Assembly: GCA_963662445.1 (NCBI GenBank)
Contig: OY759590.1
Span: 2,975,335-3,039,334 of the forward strand
Length of the DNA stretch: 64,000 bases
Reading direction: 5' to 3'
Source: Desulfarculia bacterium
Lineage (GTDB): Bacteria; Desulfobacterota; Desulfarculia; Adiutricales; JAGVGV01
Within the stretch, counting starts at the first letter, position 1. Every line of letters begins with the position of its first letter. Of the stretch, positions 34,311 through 43,181 are shown in pieces. The translations under genes and the position numbers were made by a program. The notes below the pieces were generated by a model, which was not told the DNA's origin, did not search any database, and saw only the letters and a list, made by a program, of their open reading frames with translations.

Positions 34311-36164
34311 ATGGAAAACTTTGAAAGCCAGGATCAGGATCAGACCCAAGCCCTTATGAGTGGAGAGGGAGAACAGCCTAGTTCGGAAGCAATGCCGGAT
34401 TTGGGTGCTCTCTATGAAGAGAGCTTCAGAACCCTCCACGAGGGTGAGGTGTTGCACGGGTACGTTGTTCAAGTAGACAAAGAAAGCGTGATGGTGGATA
34501 TCGGCTCCAAATCGGAGGGCCGGATTCCGCTGAGCGAGTTCACCGATGAAAAAGGCCAGATCAGGGTCAAAGTCGGTGACAAAGTCGAAGCTTTGCTCGT
34601 GCGCTGGGACGACGAGGAAGACGAAATTTTACTCTCCAAGGACAAGGCTGCCAAGATCAAGGTCTGGGAAGAGATCAGCCGCATCTACAATGAAGATGGT
34701 GTCATTGAGGGTAAGGTTGTCGCCCGTGTCAAAGGCGGTTTGTCCGTCGACATCGGCGTCCAGGCCTTTTTACCGGGTTCCCAGGTTGATTTGAGACCGG
34801 TCAAAAACCTCGAAAGCCTGGTTGGACAGGTTTTTCAGTTCAAGATCCTCAAATACAACAAACGCCGGGGCAATGTCGTTCTCTCACGCCGGGTTATCCT
34901 GGAAGAGGATCGGGCGGAGCAGAAATCCAAGACTTTGGAAGCCCTGGAAGAAAACGCCGTCCTGGAAGGCGTGGTCAAGAACATCACCGAATACGGCGTG
35001 TTTGTCGATCTGGGCGGTATAGACGGACTGCTCCATATCACCGACATGTCCTGGGGACGGGTCGGTCATCCCTCCGAGATGTTCGGCGTCGGCGATGTGG
35101 TCAATGTCAAGGTTCTCAGCTTTGACCGCGAACGCGAACGCGTCTCTCTCGGTCTGAAGCAGTTGGCCAATGACCCCTGGGCCGCCGCATGTCAGAATTA
35201 TACCATCGGCACCAAGGTCACCGGCAAGGTGGTCTCTCTGGCCGATTACGGGGCTTTCGTGGAAGTGGAAGAGGGCATTGAAGGCCTGATTCATGTCTCC
35301 GAAATGTCCTGGACGAGGAAGGTCCGCAATCCCGGAAAAATCCTCAACGTCGGCGACTTGGTTGAATGCGTCGTCCTCAATATAGATACCGAGAACAAGC
35401 GTATCTCCCTGGGGATGAAGCAGGTCGAACCCAACCCGTGGGACCTGGTGGCTGAAAAATACCCCGTCGGAACCATGATCGAGGGTAAGATCAAGAACAT
35501 CACCGATTTCGGCATCTTCATAGGCATCGACGAAGGTATCGACGGCCTTGTTCATATCTCCGACATGTCCTGGACCAAGCGGTTCAAACATCCTTCGGAA
35601 ATCTACAAGAAGGGTGATTCCGTCAGGGCTGTTGTTCTGAACATCGACAAGGAAAACGAACGGTTCTCCCTCGGTGTCAAACAGCTTGAAATCGATCCCT
35701 GGGAAATGGTCCCGGCCAAGTATCCCGTCGGCTCCCGCGTGACCGGCACAGTGACCAACATCACCGATTTCGGTCTCTTTGTGGAACTGGAAGAGGGGAT
35801 TGAAGGCTTGGTGCATGTCTCCGAAGTCGGCCGCCACAAAGGCAAGAGCCTCCGTGAACTGTACAGCCTGGGCGACGTGATTTCCGCCAAGGTCATCAAT
35901 GTCAGCGTCCATGACCGCAAGATCGGCCTCAGCGTCAAGCGGATGAAGACGGACGAGGAACAGGCTCTGTACAAAGACTACGTTGGCGGCGGAACCCGCC
36001 AGGTTGCCGGCACCTCCAGTCTGGGAGAACAGTTGCAGCAGGCCCTGAACAGGGCGGCGGCTCAGGAATCCCAGGATGAAGACTCCGACGATGAAGGCAT
36101 CGAAGACTTTGAGGCCGATGGGGCCGATGGGGCCGACGATGCCGAGGATTCCTCCGAGGAATAA
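34311..36164 (+). CDS. rpsA: 30S ribosomal protein S1 (six S1 domains, acidic C-terminal tail)
   Basis: Repeated S1 motifs (G.V..I...G.FV.L..GI.GL.H.S.MSW). AGGGGG lies upstream. ATG 34311 and TTG 34302 are both possible starts. Confidence 0.95.
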   Translation: MENFESQDQDQTQALMSGEGEQPSSEAMPDLGALYEESFRTLHEGEVLHGYVVQVDKESVMVDIGSKSEGRIPLSEFTDEKGQIRVKVGDKVEALLVRWDDEEDEILLSKDKAAKIKVWEEISRIYNEDGVIEGKVVARVKGGLSVDIGVQAFLPGSQVDLRPVKNLESLVGQVFQFKILKYNKRRGNVVLSRRVILEEDRAEQKSKTLEALEENAVLEGVVKNITEYGVFVDLGGIDGLLHITDMSWGRVGHPSEMFGVGDVVNVKVLSFDRERERVSLGLKQLANDPWAAACQNYTIGTKVTGKVVSLADYGAFVEVEEGIEGLIHVSEMSWTRKVRNPGKILNVGDLVECVVLNIDTENKRISLGMKQVEPNPWDLVAEKYPVGTMIEGKIKNITDFGIFIGIDEGIDGLVHISDMSWTKRFKHPSEIYKKGDSVRAVVLNIDKENERFSLGVKQLEIDPWEMVPAKYPVGSRVTGTVTNITDFGLFVELEEGIEGLVHVSEVGRHKGKSLRELYSLGDVISAKVINVSVHDRKIGLSVKRMKTDEEQALYKDYVGGGTRQVAGTSSLGEQLQQALNRAAAQESQDEDSDDEGIEDFEADGADGADDAEDSSEE

Positions 36165-36215
36165 CATGGAAGCGTTGCCGGACCAAGGTCCGGCACGTCG
36201 ATTGATATTATTCAA

Positions 36216-37151
36216 TTGTCAAATCAAGAGCCAATAAAGAGCCGGCCGCCCCGTAATGGGGGGGGCCGGCACTCTTGTCTGTTAACCCTGGTAGTCCTGA
36301 CGGCTGTCATTGCGGTTCTGGGCGGTGGACTGTTTGCCCTGGCTCAACTGGTGGGCGGCGGCGAAATGCAGTTCTCCACGCGGGAAGCAGTAGGCGTTGT
36401 CGAGGTAAAGGGAGTAATAACCGATTCCGAACAAGTCATCAAGGAACTGGTTCGCTTCCGCCGCAGCGACAAGATCAAGGCCATAATACTTCGAGTAGAC
36501 TCTCCGGGAGGAGGCGTCGCGCCGACCCAGGAAATTTACCGTGAAATCCAGAGAACAAAAGCCAGCAAGACAGTAATTGCCTCCTTGGGCGGCTTGGCCG
36601 CCTCGGGCGGGCTTTATGTCGCTTCGGCCGCCGATAAAATTGTCTCCAATCCGGCCACGGTTACCGGGAGTATCGGCGTCATTATGCAGATGGTCAACAT
36701 AGAGGGCATACTGGGTAAGGTCGGATTTCAGCCTGTGGTGATAAAGAGCGGAAAATACAAGGATATCGGATCATCAACCCGGACCATGACCGATGAGGAA
36801 CGGGTCATTCTGCAGAACATCGTCGACCAGTTGCACCAGCAGTTCGTCAAGGATGTGGCCCAGGGACGCGGGCTTGAAGTCGATGCCGTTGGTGAAATGG
36901 CCGATGGCAGAATATTCACCGGTGAACAGGCTAAACAGCTTGGCCTGGTGGACAGGCTGGGCAATTTTGAAGACGCGGTCGCCTGGACAGCCCAGTTGGC
37001 TGGTTTGGAGGGGCCGGTTAAGCTGATATATCCCGAAAAGAGCAAGAGTTGGTGGCAGGATATTCTCAGCGGCAAAAGCCCGGTCAATATTCTTCCGGGG
37101 TTCGTTGAACAACCCCTGAAATTTCAATTTCTCTACTTGCCGCTATTGTAA
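36216..37151 (+). CDS. sppA: Signal peptide peptidase SppA, 36K type
   Basis: N-terminal TM helix. Contains VKAIILRVDSPGGGVAPTQEIY, ASLGGLAASGGLYVASAADKI (catalytic Ser region) and GKYKD. Confidence 0.85.
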   Translation: MSNQEPIKSRPPRNGGGRHSCLLTLVVLTAVIAVLGGGLFALAQLVGGGEMQFSTREAVGVVEVKGVITDSEQVIKELVRFRRSDKIKAIILRVDSPGGGVAPTQEIYREIQRTKASKTVIASLGGLAASGGLYVASAADKIVSNPATVTGSIGVIMQMVNIEGILGKVGFQPVVIKSGKYKDIGSSTRTMTDEERVILQNIVDQLHQQFVKDVAQGRGLEVDAVGEMADGRIFTGEQAKQLGLVDRLGNFEDAVAWTAQLAGLEGPVKLIYPEKSKSWWQDILSGKSPVNILPGFVEQPLKFQFLYLPLL

Positions 37152-37235
37152 CTATTCTCAGGCCGTCCGATTTGGCGGCGCTTGCACGACAATATCAAAA
37201 CTTTTACGCTTATACGGACTGCGGGGGGATTCTTT

Positions 37236-37517
37236 ATGGTCAAAAGAGAGCTTATCGCCGCCCTGGCCAGACGACACAAAGAGCTGAACGCCAAAGACGT
37301 GGAACTCATGGCCCGGCTGGTCTTTGAGGCCATGTCGGAAACACTGGCCCAAGGCGACGAAATAGAGATACGGGGCTTCGGCGCATTCCGGATGCGGGAA
37401 TATGAAGCCAGGCAAGCCCGCAATCCCGGGACCGGCGACACAGTCAGTCTGGAGCCCAGGAAAGGCGTGCTTTTCCGTCCCGGACGGGAGATCAAGGAGC
37501 GTATGAATGGAGAATGA
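37236..37517 (+). CDS. ihfB: Integration host factor subunit beta
   Basis: GGGGGGA RBS precedes ATG 37236. The sequence is MVKRELIAALA...GDEIEIRGFGAFRMREYEARQARNPGTGDTVSLEPRKGVLFRPGREIKERM, and the gene sits after rpsA/sppA. Confidence 0.85.
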   Translation: MVKRELIAALARRHKELNAKDVELMARLVFEAMSETLAQGDEIEIRGFGAFRMREYEARQARNPGTGDTVSLEPRKGVLFRPGREIKERMNGE

Positions 37518-38298
37518 ACAGGCCAGGCTAAGCGTTGGGGGAGGCAGAAAAACAGGCCTCATCGGCGGTATTCTGTTTCCTTTGCGCGGCGCGGGTTTCA
37601 TCTTCCGGCATCCCCGCCTGACCGTCTATGCGGCCATACCATTCCTCGTCAATTTGCTCCTGTTTACAGGTTTTTTCTTTTTCAGCCTCCGCTATTTCAA
37701 TACATGGCTCGAAAAACTGATGCCCCAGGGTGAGGCCTGGTACTGGGTGGTCCTGACCTATTTGGCTACGGTGGTTTTCGGACTGGCTCTTCTTCTCCTG
37801 ATAGGCTTCACATTCACCCTGGCGGCCAATATCATCGCCTCTCCCTTCAACGATGCACTGTCGGCCAAGACTGAAACCCTGGTCAGGGGCCGGGAGACTT
37901 CCGCACCGTTTTCCCTGCCGGGTATTATCAGGGAAACAGGCCGCACCGTCCTTGAGGAAGTGAAGAAAATAGTCTTCTATCTGGCCGCCATGGCCTGCCT
38001 GCTTCTTCTCAACCTGATACCCGTAGCCGGACAGATTCTTTACGTCATCCTGGGGACCCTGCTGACCATAACCTGGCTGGCGCTGGAGTTTCTGGATTAT
38101 TCCCTGAGCAGGAACCAATACAGGTTCGGCGAAAAACTGAAGTTCATCAAACTCCATATCTTCCCGGTTTTCGGTTTCGGACTGGGCGTGTTTGTGGTCC
38201 TGCTGATTCCCGTAATCAACCTCTTCCTTATCCCCATGGCCGTGGTTGCCGCCACGTTGCTGTATGTGGAACTGGCCGGAGACCGGCAAGGCTCCTAG
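37507..38298 (+). CDS. EI24/CysZ-like (DUF540) membrane protein
   Basis: Overlaps ihfB by 11 nt. It has four or more TM helices and ASPFNDALS and LLNLIPVAGQILY motifs reminiscent of the EI24/CysZ family. Confidence 0.6.
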   Translation: MENEQARLSVGGGRKTGLIGGILFPLRGAGFIFRHPRLTVYAAIPFLVNLLLFTGFFFFSLRYFNTWLEKLMPQGEAWYWVVLTYLATVVFGLALLLLIGFTFTLAANIIASPFNDALSAKTETLVRGRETSAPFSLPGIIRETGRTVLEEVKKIVFYLAAMACLLLLNLIPVAGQILYVILGTLLTITWLALEFLDYSLSRNQYRFGEKLKFIKLHIFPVFGFGLGVFVVLLIPVINLFLIPMAVVAATLLYVELAGDRQGS

Positions 38299-38340
38299 AC
38301 CGGGGAAAAACAGCCTCCGGACAGGAGACTTGCAGAATTT

Positions 38341-38374
38341 TAATAAACCCTGCCGCTTCCGGCGGGGTTTATTA
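38341..38374. terminator. Bidirectional hairpin terminator between convergent genes
   Basis: A 15-bp stem TAATAAACCCTGCCG-cttc-CGGCGGGGTTTATTA is flanked by AT-rich runs on both sides. Confidence 0.75.
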
Positions 38375-38400
38375 AAATTCAATACAAGTCACCCCGTCCT

Positions 38401-38538
38401 GCCTGGGGCAGAGATCAGCGGGAGCGCCGGGGCGAAGCCAGTGGGTCCAGGCGACAGCCTGGGGCGAAGCATACCGCCTGTATAGTTGCTCTCGGAGGCT
38501 TCTTTTCTTTCAACGGCTTTTGGGGGACTTTGTCAACA
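38401..38538. repeat. REP-like hairpin copy plus an inverted copy of the ~80-nt module and one TIR of the 31.1-kb element
   Basis: Positions 38401-38464 read gcctggggcagagatcagcgggagcgccgggg...gggtCCAGGCgacaGCCTGGgg. The reverse complement of 38461-38538 (ttgttgacaaagtcccccaaaagccgttgaaagaaaagaagcctccgagagcaactatacaggcggtatgcttcgcccc) matches 31095-31174 with a handful of substitutions. Confidence 0.8.
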
Positions 38539-38571
38539 AAATGCAAACGGCGGGGAATGCCCGCCGTTTGC
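38535..38571 (-). terminator. Intrinsic terminator of the large secreted-protein gene
   Basis: On the minus strand, a 12-bp stem GCAAACGGCGGG-cattc-CCCGCCGTTTGC is followed by ATTTTGTT. Confidence 0.8.
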
Positions 38572-38586
38572 AGTGCTCAAATCCGG

Positions 38587-41091
38587 TTAATCCAAAAGCG
38601 TGTTCACAAAGCAGGAACCGAAGCCTCCGCCGCCGATGTTGGGCGTGGTGGGTTCTTCATCGGCCTGGACCAGTCCGGAGGGGTCGACGATAACGCCGTT
38701 GACCACGCCGTCGGCGTCGCCGAAGCCGCCGTCTTCCAGTTCCAGGGTCACGGAAAGCCCGTCGGCGGCGAACGTGGCGTGAGCTGAATAGTCATACCAG
38801 CCGTTGGCCGGGTCGTACTTGTACCAGGCCGCGTTGTCGCCCGCAGCCTCGGACAGGTAGATGGTCACGCTGGCCGTGGTCGCTCCGGCCTGCAGGGTCA
38901 GCTTGAAGGAGACCAGGCCATAGGGCAGATTATCCGGCGCTCCGGTCTGGTCGGTGATGTCGGCCGGGTCGATAGTCTGGAGGTTGTCGATGGAGGCCAC
39001 TGTGGCGTTGTCGATCAGGACCGACACCGGCTGGCCGTCCACCACGGAGTTGGCGGAAAGCATGCCGGCCTGCTGGTTGTCCGGGGTGCCGTCGCCGTCA
39101 AGGTCCACATCGTCGCCCACGGCCTGTTCAGGCGGTACGGCGGGGACAGTTTCGTCAAGGGTGGTGAAGGAGAAGGCGTCGGCCCAGGCGGAAGCCTCTT
39201 CAGCCTGGTCGATGAACCTGGCCCGCCAGTAGTAAGTAGTATTGTTGGTCAGCACGTAAGGCGGCACGATGATGGAGGTCAGGGCTCTGGTGCTGGTCTT
39301 GTCGAAGATCACGTTCGTGAAACCGGCATTGGTGCTGATCTGCCACTGGGTCTGGGCGTGGGTGCCGAAGGCCCGGTCGCTGAGAGCCGCGGCAGTCTGC
39401 AGGGTCGGGGTCAACGAGACGTCAGTTGCTCCGTCAGCCGGTGAGACCAGGGCAGGTTTCTGGGGTTCCTCCACCGGATCGGCGTAGGTGAAGCCTCCGG
39501 CCAGGGTGCCTGAGCGTCCGTCGGGGATGGTCACCACCACGTCCACGGCTCCGGCGGCGTGGGCCGGGGTAACGCAGGTGATGGAGGTGTCCGAAGCCAC
39601 GGTGACGCCGGTGGCGGCCGTGCCGCCGAAGGTCGCTTCAGCCCCGGCCTGGAAGCCCGTGCCGGTGATGGTAACGGCAGTTCCGCCGGCTGTGGTCCCG
39701 GAGTTGGGCGAAAGTAAAGTCACTGCGGGGTCGGGGCCCAGAAAATCATGAATAAAAGCGTCCTGGTTGGTGTTGGTGTCGTTGTCCACCAGGTTGGAGG
39801 CCCAGGCATCGAAGAGGACGTACCGGCCGTCGGGGGTTATAAAGCAGTAATCCGTCCAATTATTGACCGCGGCAGTGCCGTCGGAATGCTTGCTGACCAG
39901 GTAGTTCACTCCGGTCTGCATGTCGCGGACATAAACTTGTAGCTTAGGGGCTACTCCTCTGTTCATTCTATCGGTCACGGCGAGGACATCGGTGGCGTCG
40001 GAGATATAAGCCACGTACCGCCCGTCTTCGGAAACGGCACTGTAGGTCCTGGCATAGCCCCCGCCTCCGGAGGCTGCGGCATCACCGGCGGCGTTCAGGG
40101 AAACCAGTTGGGTGGTCTGGCCGGCGACGCTGTAAAGGAAGATGTCGTAATTGCCATTGGTATCTGGAGTCGTGACCAGATCCGTGCCGTTATAGGCGAA
40201 AGTCACCCAGAGGCCGTCCGGCGATATCTTTGGCCTGGAACAGGTGGTTCCGGTCGAATCTCCTCCGTCCTTGTTCTTGCTGATCCAAGTGGTGGTGTTT
40301 TCCTGGCGGTCGTAGAGGAAGACATCGTAAAGTCCATCCGCGCAGGCGGCGTCGATGTCCGTGGCAACTGAACGGTAAACCACGTAACGTCCATCGGCGC
40401 TGATACCCGGCATTTCGCTGTCGCCGTCGGGAAAACCTCCGGCGGGTGTCCGGCTGATGAGGCTGACCGTCTGGTCGTTGTTGTCGTAAATAAAGATATC
40501 GCTGTTGCCGGTATCGCCAGCCACCAGGTTGTTGGACCATGATTCGAAGACCACATAACGCCCGTCACCGGAAATGGCGGGGTTCGTTGAGTAAGCAGTT
40601 GGTGGACCGCCCAGGGCTTTGCTGACCAGCCGGGCCGTCGAAGGATCCGCTCCCCGGCCGATGAGGTAGATACAACCCCCGTAGCCGGAAGGCGGATCGA
40701 CCACGTTCTGATTGGAGGAAACAAAGGCGACCCATTCACCGTCGGCGGAAATGGGCGCCTGGTTGTATCCATACACTTCTCCGGCGGCGGCCGAGCCGTC
40801 GGCCAGCCAACTGATCAGGGTGTTGGTTCCGGTGGTCCGGTCGTGAATGTAGCAGTCCTTGGTCCCGTTGGTATCATTGACGGGGTCGAAAGCCTCGTTA
40901 GTGGTTATGGAGACATAGCGGCCGTCGGAGGAGAGGCCGGACCCATAACATTCGTTGGTGGCTTCATCGCCGTTGGGGTAAATACTGACCCTCTCCGTAT
41001 CCCCCTGGGCGGCGATGACCAGCCCCAGAGCCAGGAGAGACAGACAGAAAGCCACAAGGACAACCAAGGTTAACCGCTTGCTTTGCCACAT
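38587..41091 (-). CDS. Large secreted protein: TolB/PD40-like beta-propeller repeats, IPT/TIG domain, FN3-like region, choice-of-anchor-type C-terminal domain
   Basis: Signal peptide MWQSKRLTLVVLVAFCLSLLALGLVIAAQG. Repeated S.DGRYV.F.S.A.NLV..DTN...D.F motifs. IPT-like VTLLSPNSGTTAGGTAVTITGTGFQAGAEATFGGTAATGVTVASDTSITCVTPAHAAGAVDVVVT. C-terminal LELEDGGFGDADGVVNGVIVDPSGL is followed by GGGGFGSCFVNTLLD. Confidence 0.8.
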   Translation of the reverse strand: MWQSKRLTLVVLVAFCLSLLALGLVIAAQGDTERVSIYPNGDEATNECYGSGLSSDGRYVSITTNEAFDPVNDTNGTKDCYIHDRTTGTNTLISWLADGSAAAGEVYGYNQAPISADGEWVAFVSSNQNVVDPPSGYGGCIYLIGRGADPSTARLVSKALGGPPTAYSTNPAISGDGRYVVFESWSNNLVAGDTGNSDIFIYDNNDQTVSLISRTPAGGFPDGDSEMPGISADGRYVVYRSVATDIDAACADGLYDVFLYDRQENTTTWISKNKDGGDSTGTTCSRPKISPDGLWVTFAYNGTDLVTTPDTNGNYDIFLYSVAGQTTQLVSLNAAGDAAASGGGGYARTYSAVSEDGRYVAYISDATDVLAVTDRMNRGVAPKLQVYVRDMQTGVNYLVSKHSDGTAAVNNWTDYCFITPDGRYVLFDAWASNLVDNDTNTNQDAFIHDFLGPDPAVTLLSPNSGTTAGGTAVTITGTGFQAGAEATFGGTAATGVTVASDTSITCVTPAHAAGAVDVVVTIPDGRSGTLAGGFTYADPVEEPQKPALVSPADGATDVSLTPTLQTAAALSDRAFGTHAQTQWQISTNAGFTNVIFDKTSTRALTSIIVPPYVLTNNTTYYWRARFIDQAEEASAWADAFSFTTLDETVPAVPPEQAVGDDVDLDGDGTPDNQQAGMLSANSVVDGQPVSVLIDNATVASIDNLQTIDPADITDQTGAPDNLPYGLVSFKLTLQAGATTASVTIYLSEAAGDNAAWYKYDPANGWYDYSAHATFAADGLSVTLELEDGGFGDADGVVNGVIVDPSGLVQADEEPTTPNIGGGGFGSCFVNTLLD

Positions 41092-41323
41092 AATTGTTTC
41101 CTCCGTGGAATTAATCCCTAGTGGAAAGACCCAATAAAGCTATCCATATAATCCGTCTGGAAATGATAAAAAATGGGAGCGATCCCATTCCTGTTCACAC
41201 CCTTGGGGACTAACGTAGCAACAGTTATTTGTTCGTGGAATTCAGGTAACCCCTTCCTGAAGAAGTTAACTTTAATCTCGTTGATTTTCAAGAGAAAAGT
41301 TCAGGGTAATTCTTGGTGCGGTG

Positions 41324-43168
41324 TCATTGCGAGGTCGGGGCGGACGATGCATAAAAGGACGAGAACCATTTCAAACGCCTGATTTCTTCATCGAGGCCAT
41401 CGGCGCCGGATTCCTCCAGAACGCGGATCAGTTCCCGGCGGGTGCGGAGTTGAGCGGCATTGACGGCCAGGGAACGGCGGTATTCCCTTGCGGCTTCTGC
41501 CCAGTTTTTCTCGGCGGAAAAGATGTCCCCCAGCGTCTGGTGCTTGGCGGCCGCGGCGAAAGAGTTCTCGGGAATCGAGGCCAGACGGGCCAGAGCCTCA
41601 TCCCGCCGTCCGTTGTCATAGGCATATCCGGCCAGGCAGAGCTGAGCGAAGACCGAGAAATCCCCGTCAGCCAGAACCGAAGCCTCCCACCACTTCACGG
41701 TTTCCTCCATCCGGCCTTTCTGGTCAGCCACCCAGGCCTGGGTGTTCAGATAGGCGGTCAGGTCGCCCGCGCCGGGCAAGGGCAGAAAGGCCATGGCCAG
41801 GCCCGAGGCCAGGACGGCAGAATAAACGGCAATTCCGGGAAACCGCTTGTTTTTCAATGTAGCGGTCAGCCAGGTCAGGCCGGCGGCGGCTATGGGAATC
41901 ACGGCGGCCATGACCGGCAGGCGGTACCGGGCGTTGACAGGAAAAAGAACCAGGGTCGCGGCATACAGGGCCAGAAACAGGACCAGGGCCAAGGTCTGCC
42001 TGTTGCGGCGAAGAGTGACCGCCAGACCGGCCAGGCCCAGAGGCATCATCAGCCAGAAGACGGGAAAGGGAATCTGATAGAAGCGGATGAACTGCTTCAG
42101 AAAGGCCACATGGTAATGGTCCCCGGCTTCGAAGCCGTTGAAGAAGGCCAGGCCCCGGCGAAAGAACTTGGCGCTGAATTCGGCCGGTGATTCCCGTGCG
42201 TATTTCACGACCTGGCCGCCCCAGAAGGCGGAGGCCTCCCGGGGAGTCAGCTTCCGGTCCCCGGAGCGCCGGCTGGCTTCGATGATGAACTGCACCGGCT
42301 GTTCCACCGGGGCGGCGGAAGACCAGGGCAGGGGACGGTAATAAGGCGTCCGGTTATACGGATTGTTGGCGTAATACAGATTGCGGCCAGCCTGAGGCGT
42401 GGTCAGAGCCAAGCGGCCGGTCTCCCGGTAGTTCAAGGCCAGGAAGGGTGAGACGGCAGCGGCGGCTCCCACCAGGACCAGGACGGCCAGGGCCAGGCCC
42501 GCCAGGCGGCTGCGGCCGTCTCTGAAGATACAGATCAGCAGGACCAGCAGCATCAAAGGAACAACCACCAGGCCGTTGGGGCGGACATTGATCATCATGC
42601 CCGAGGCCAGCCCCAGCCCCAGCAGCCGGGCCGGGTCGGGATTGGTCAGGACACTCAGGAAGAGCCACAAGACCAGGGCGAAGAGAAAAACAGACAGAGA
42701 AGTCTTGAGGGGAACCGTGCTGTAGAAGATAAAAGGCTGGTAAACGGCGGCGAGGAAGCCGCTGAGCAAGCCCGCTTTGGAATCGGCAATCTGTCTGCCG
42801 ATGAGATAGACCAGGCCGCAGGTCCCAACGCCCAGAAAAAGGTTTAACCAGCGGAAGTTCAGAGCGTCCGGGGAGAAAATCCAATAGACCAGGGCCATGA
42901 GGTAGGCGGGAAGGGGAGCGAATTCGTGCGGGCCGGAAGCCGTGAAGTGTCCGTCCAGTATTTCCAGCGCCCAATTGTGGTAGATGCTTTCATCCCAGAG
43001 CAGAACGCTGCCGTAATCAGTGTGGAGAAGACTGAGCAGCCCGGCCACGCGCAAGGCCAGGGCCAGCAGCAGGATACCGCCCAGCAGAAGCCCGTGCCTT
43101 TTGTCGATGCAGGAAACCGGCGGAGCCGTCACGCCGACGGCTGTCGGCTTTTTTTTCTTTTTTCCCAT
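41324..43168 (-). CDS. GT-C fold glycosyltransferase (family 39/83, ArnT/PMT-like) with C-terminal TPR domain
   Basis: About 11 TM helices. The first periplasmic loop has a DE motif (LLWDESIYHNWALEILDG). The C-terminal ~170 aa are TPR-like (FAQLCLAGYAYDNGRRDEALARLASI..., HQTLGDIFSAEKNWAEAAREYRRSLAV). Confidence 0.8.
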   Translation of the reverse strand: MGKKKKKPTAVGVTAPPVSCIDKRHGLLLGGILLLALALRVAGLLSLLHTDYGSVLLWDESIYHNWALEILDGHFTASGPHEFAPLPAYLMALVYWIFSPDALNFRWLNLFLGVGTCGLVYLIGRQIADSKAGLLSGFLAAVYQPFIFYSTVPLKTSLSVFLFALVLWLFLSVLTNPDPARLLGLGLASGMMINVRPNGLVVVPLMLLVLLICIFRDGRSRLAGLALAVLVLVGAAAAVSPFLALNYRETGRLALTTPQAGRNLYYANNPYNRTPYYRPLPWSSAAPVEQPVQFIIEASRRSGDRKLTPREASAFWGGQVVKYARESPAEFSAKFFRRGLAFFNGFEAGDHYHVAFLKQFIRFYQIPFPVFWLMMPLGLAGLAVTLRRNRQTLALVLFLALYAATLVLFPVNARYRLPVMAAVIPIAAAGLTWLTATLKNKRFPGIAVYSAVLASGLAMAFLPLPGAGDLTAYLNTQAWVADQKGRMEETVKWWEASVLADGDFSVFAQLCLAGYAYDNGRRDEALARLASIPENSFAAAAKHQTLGDIFSAEKNWAEAAREYRRSLAVNAAQLRTRRELIRVLEESGADGLDEEIRRLKWFSSFYASSAPTSQ

Positions 43169-43181
43169 AATGGCCAGACGC

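Noticed and set aside
31878-38538. Composite transposon delimited by the inverted 80-nt modules
   Set aside because: The content is core housekeeping (hisC, cmk, rpsA, sppA, ihfB) in the conserved cmk-rpsA-ihfB order. There is no transposase, and only one of the two module copies is part of a complete TIR-bounded unit.
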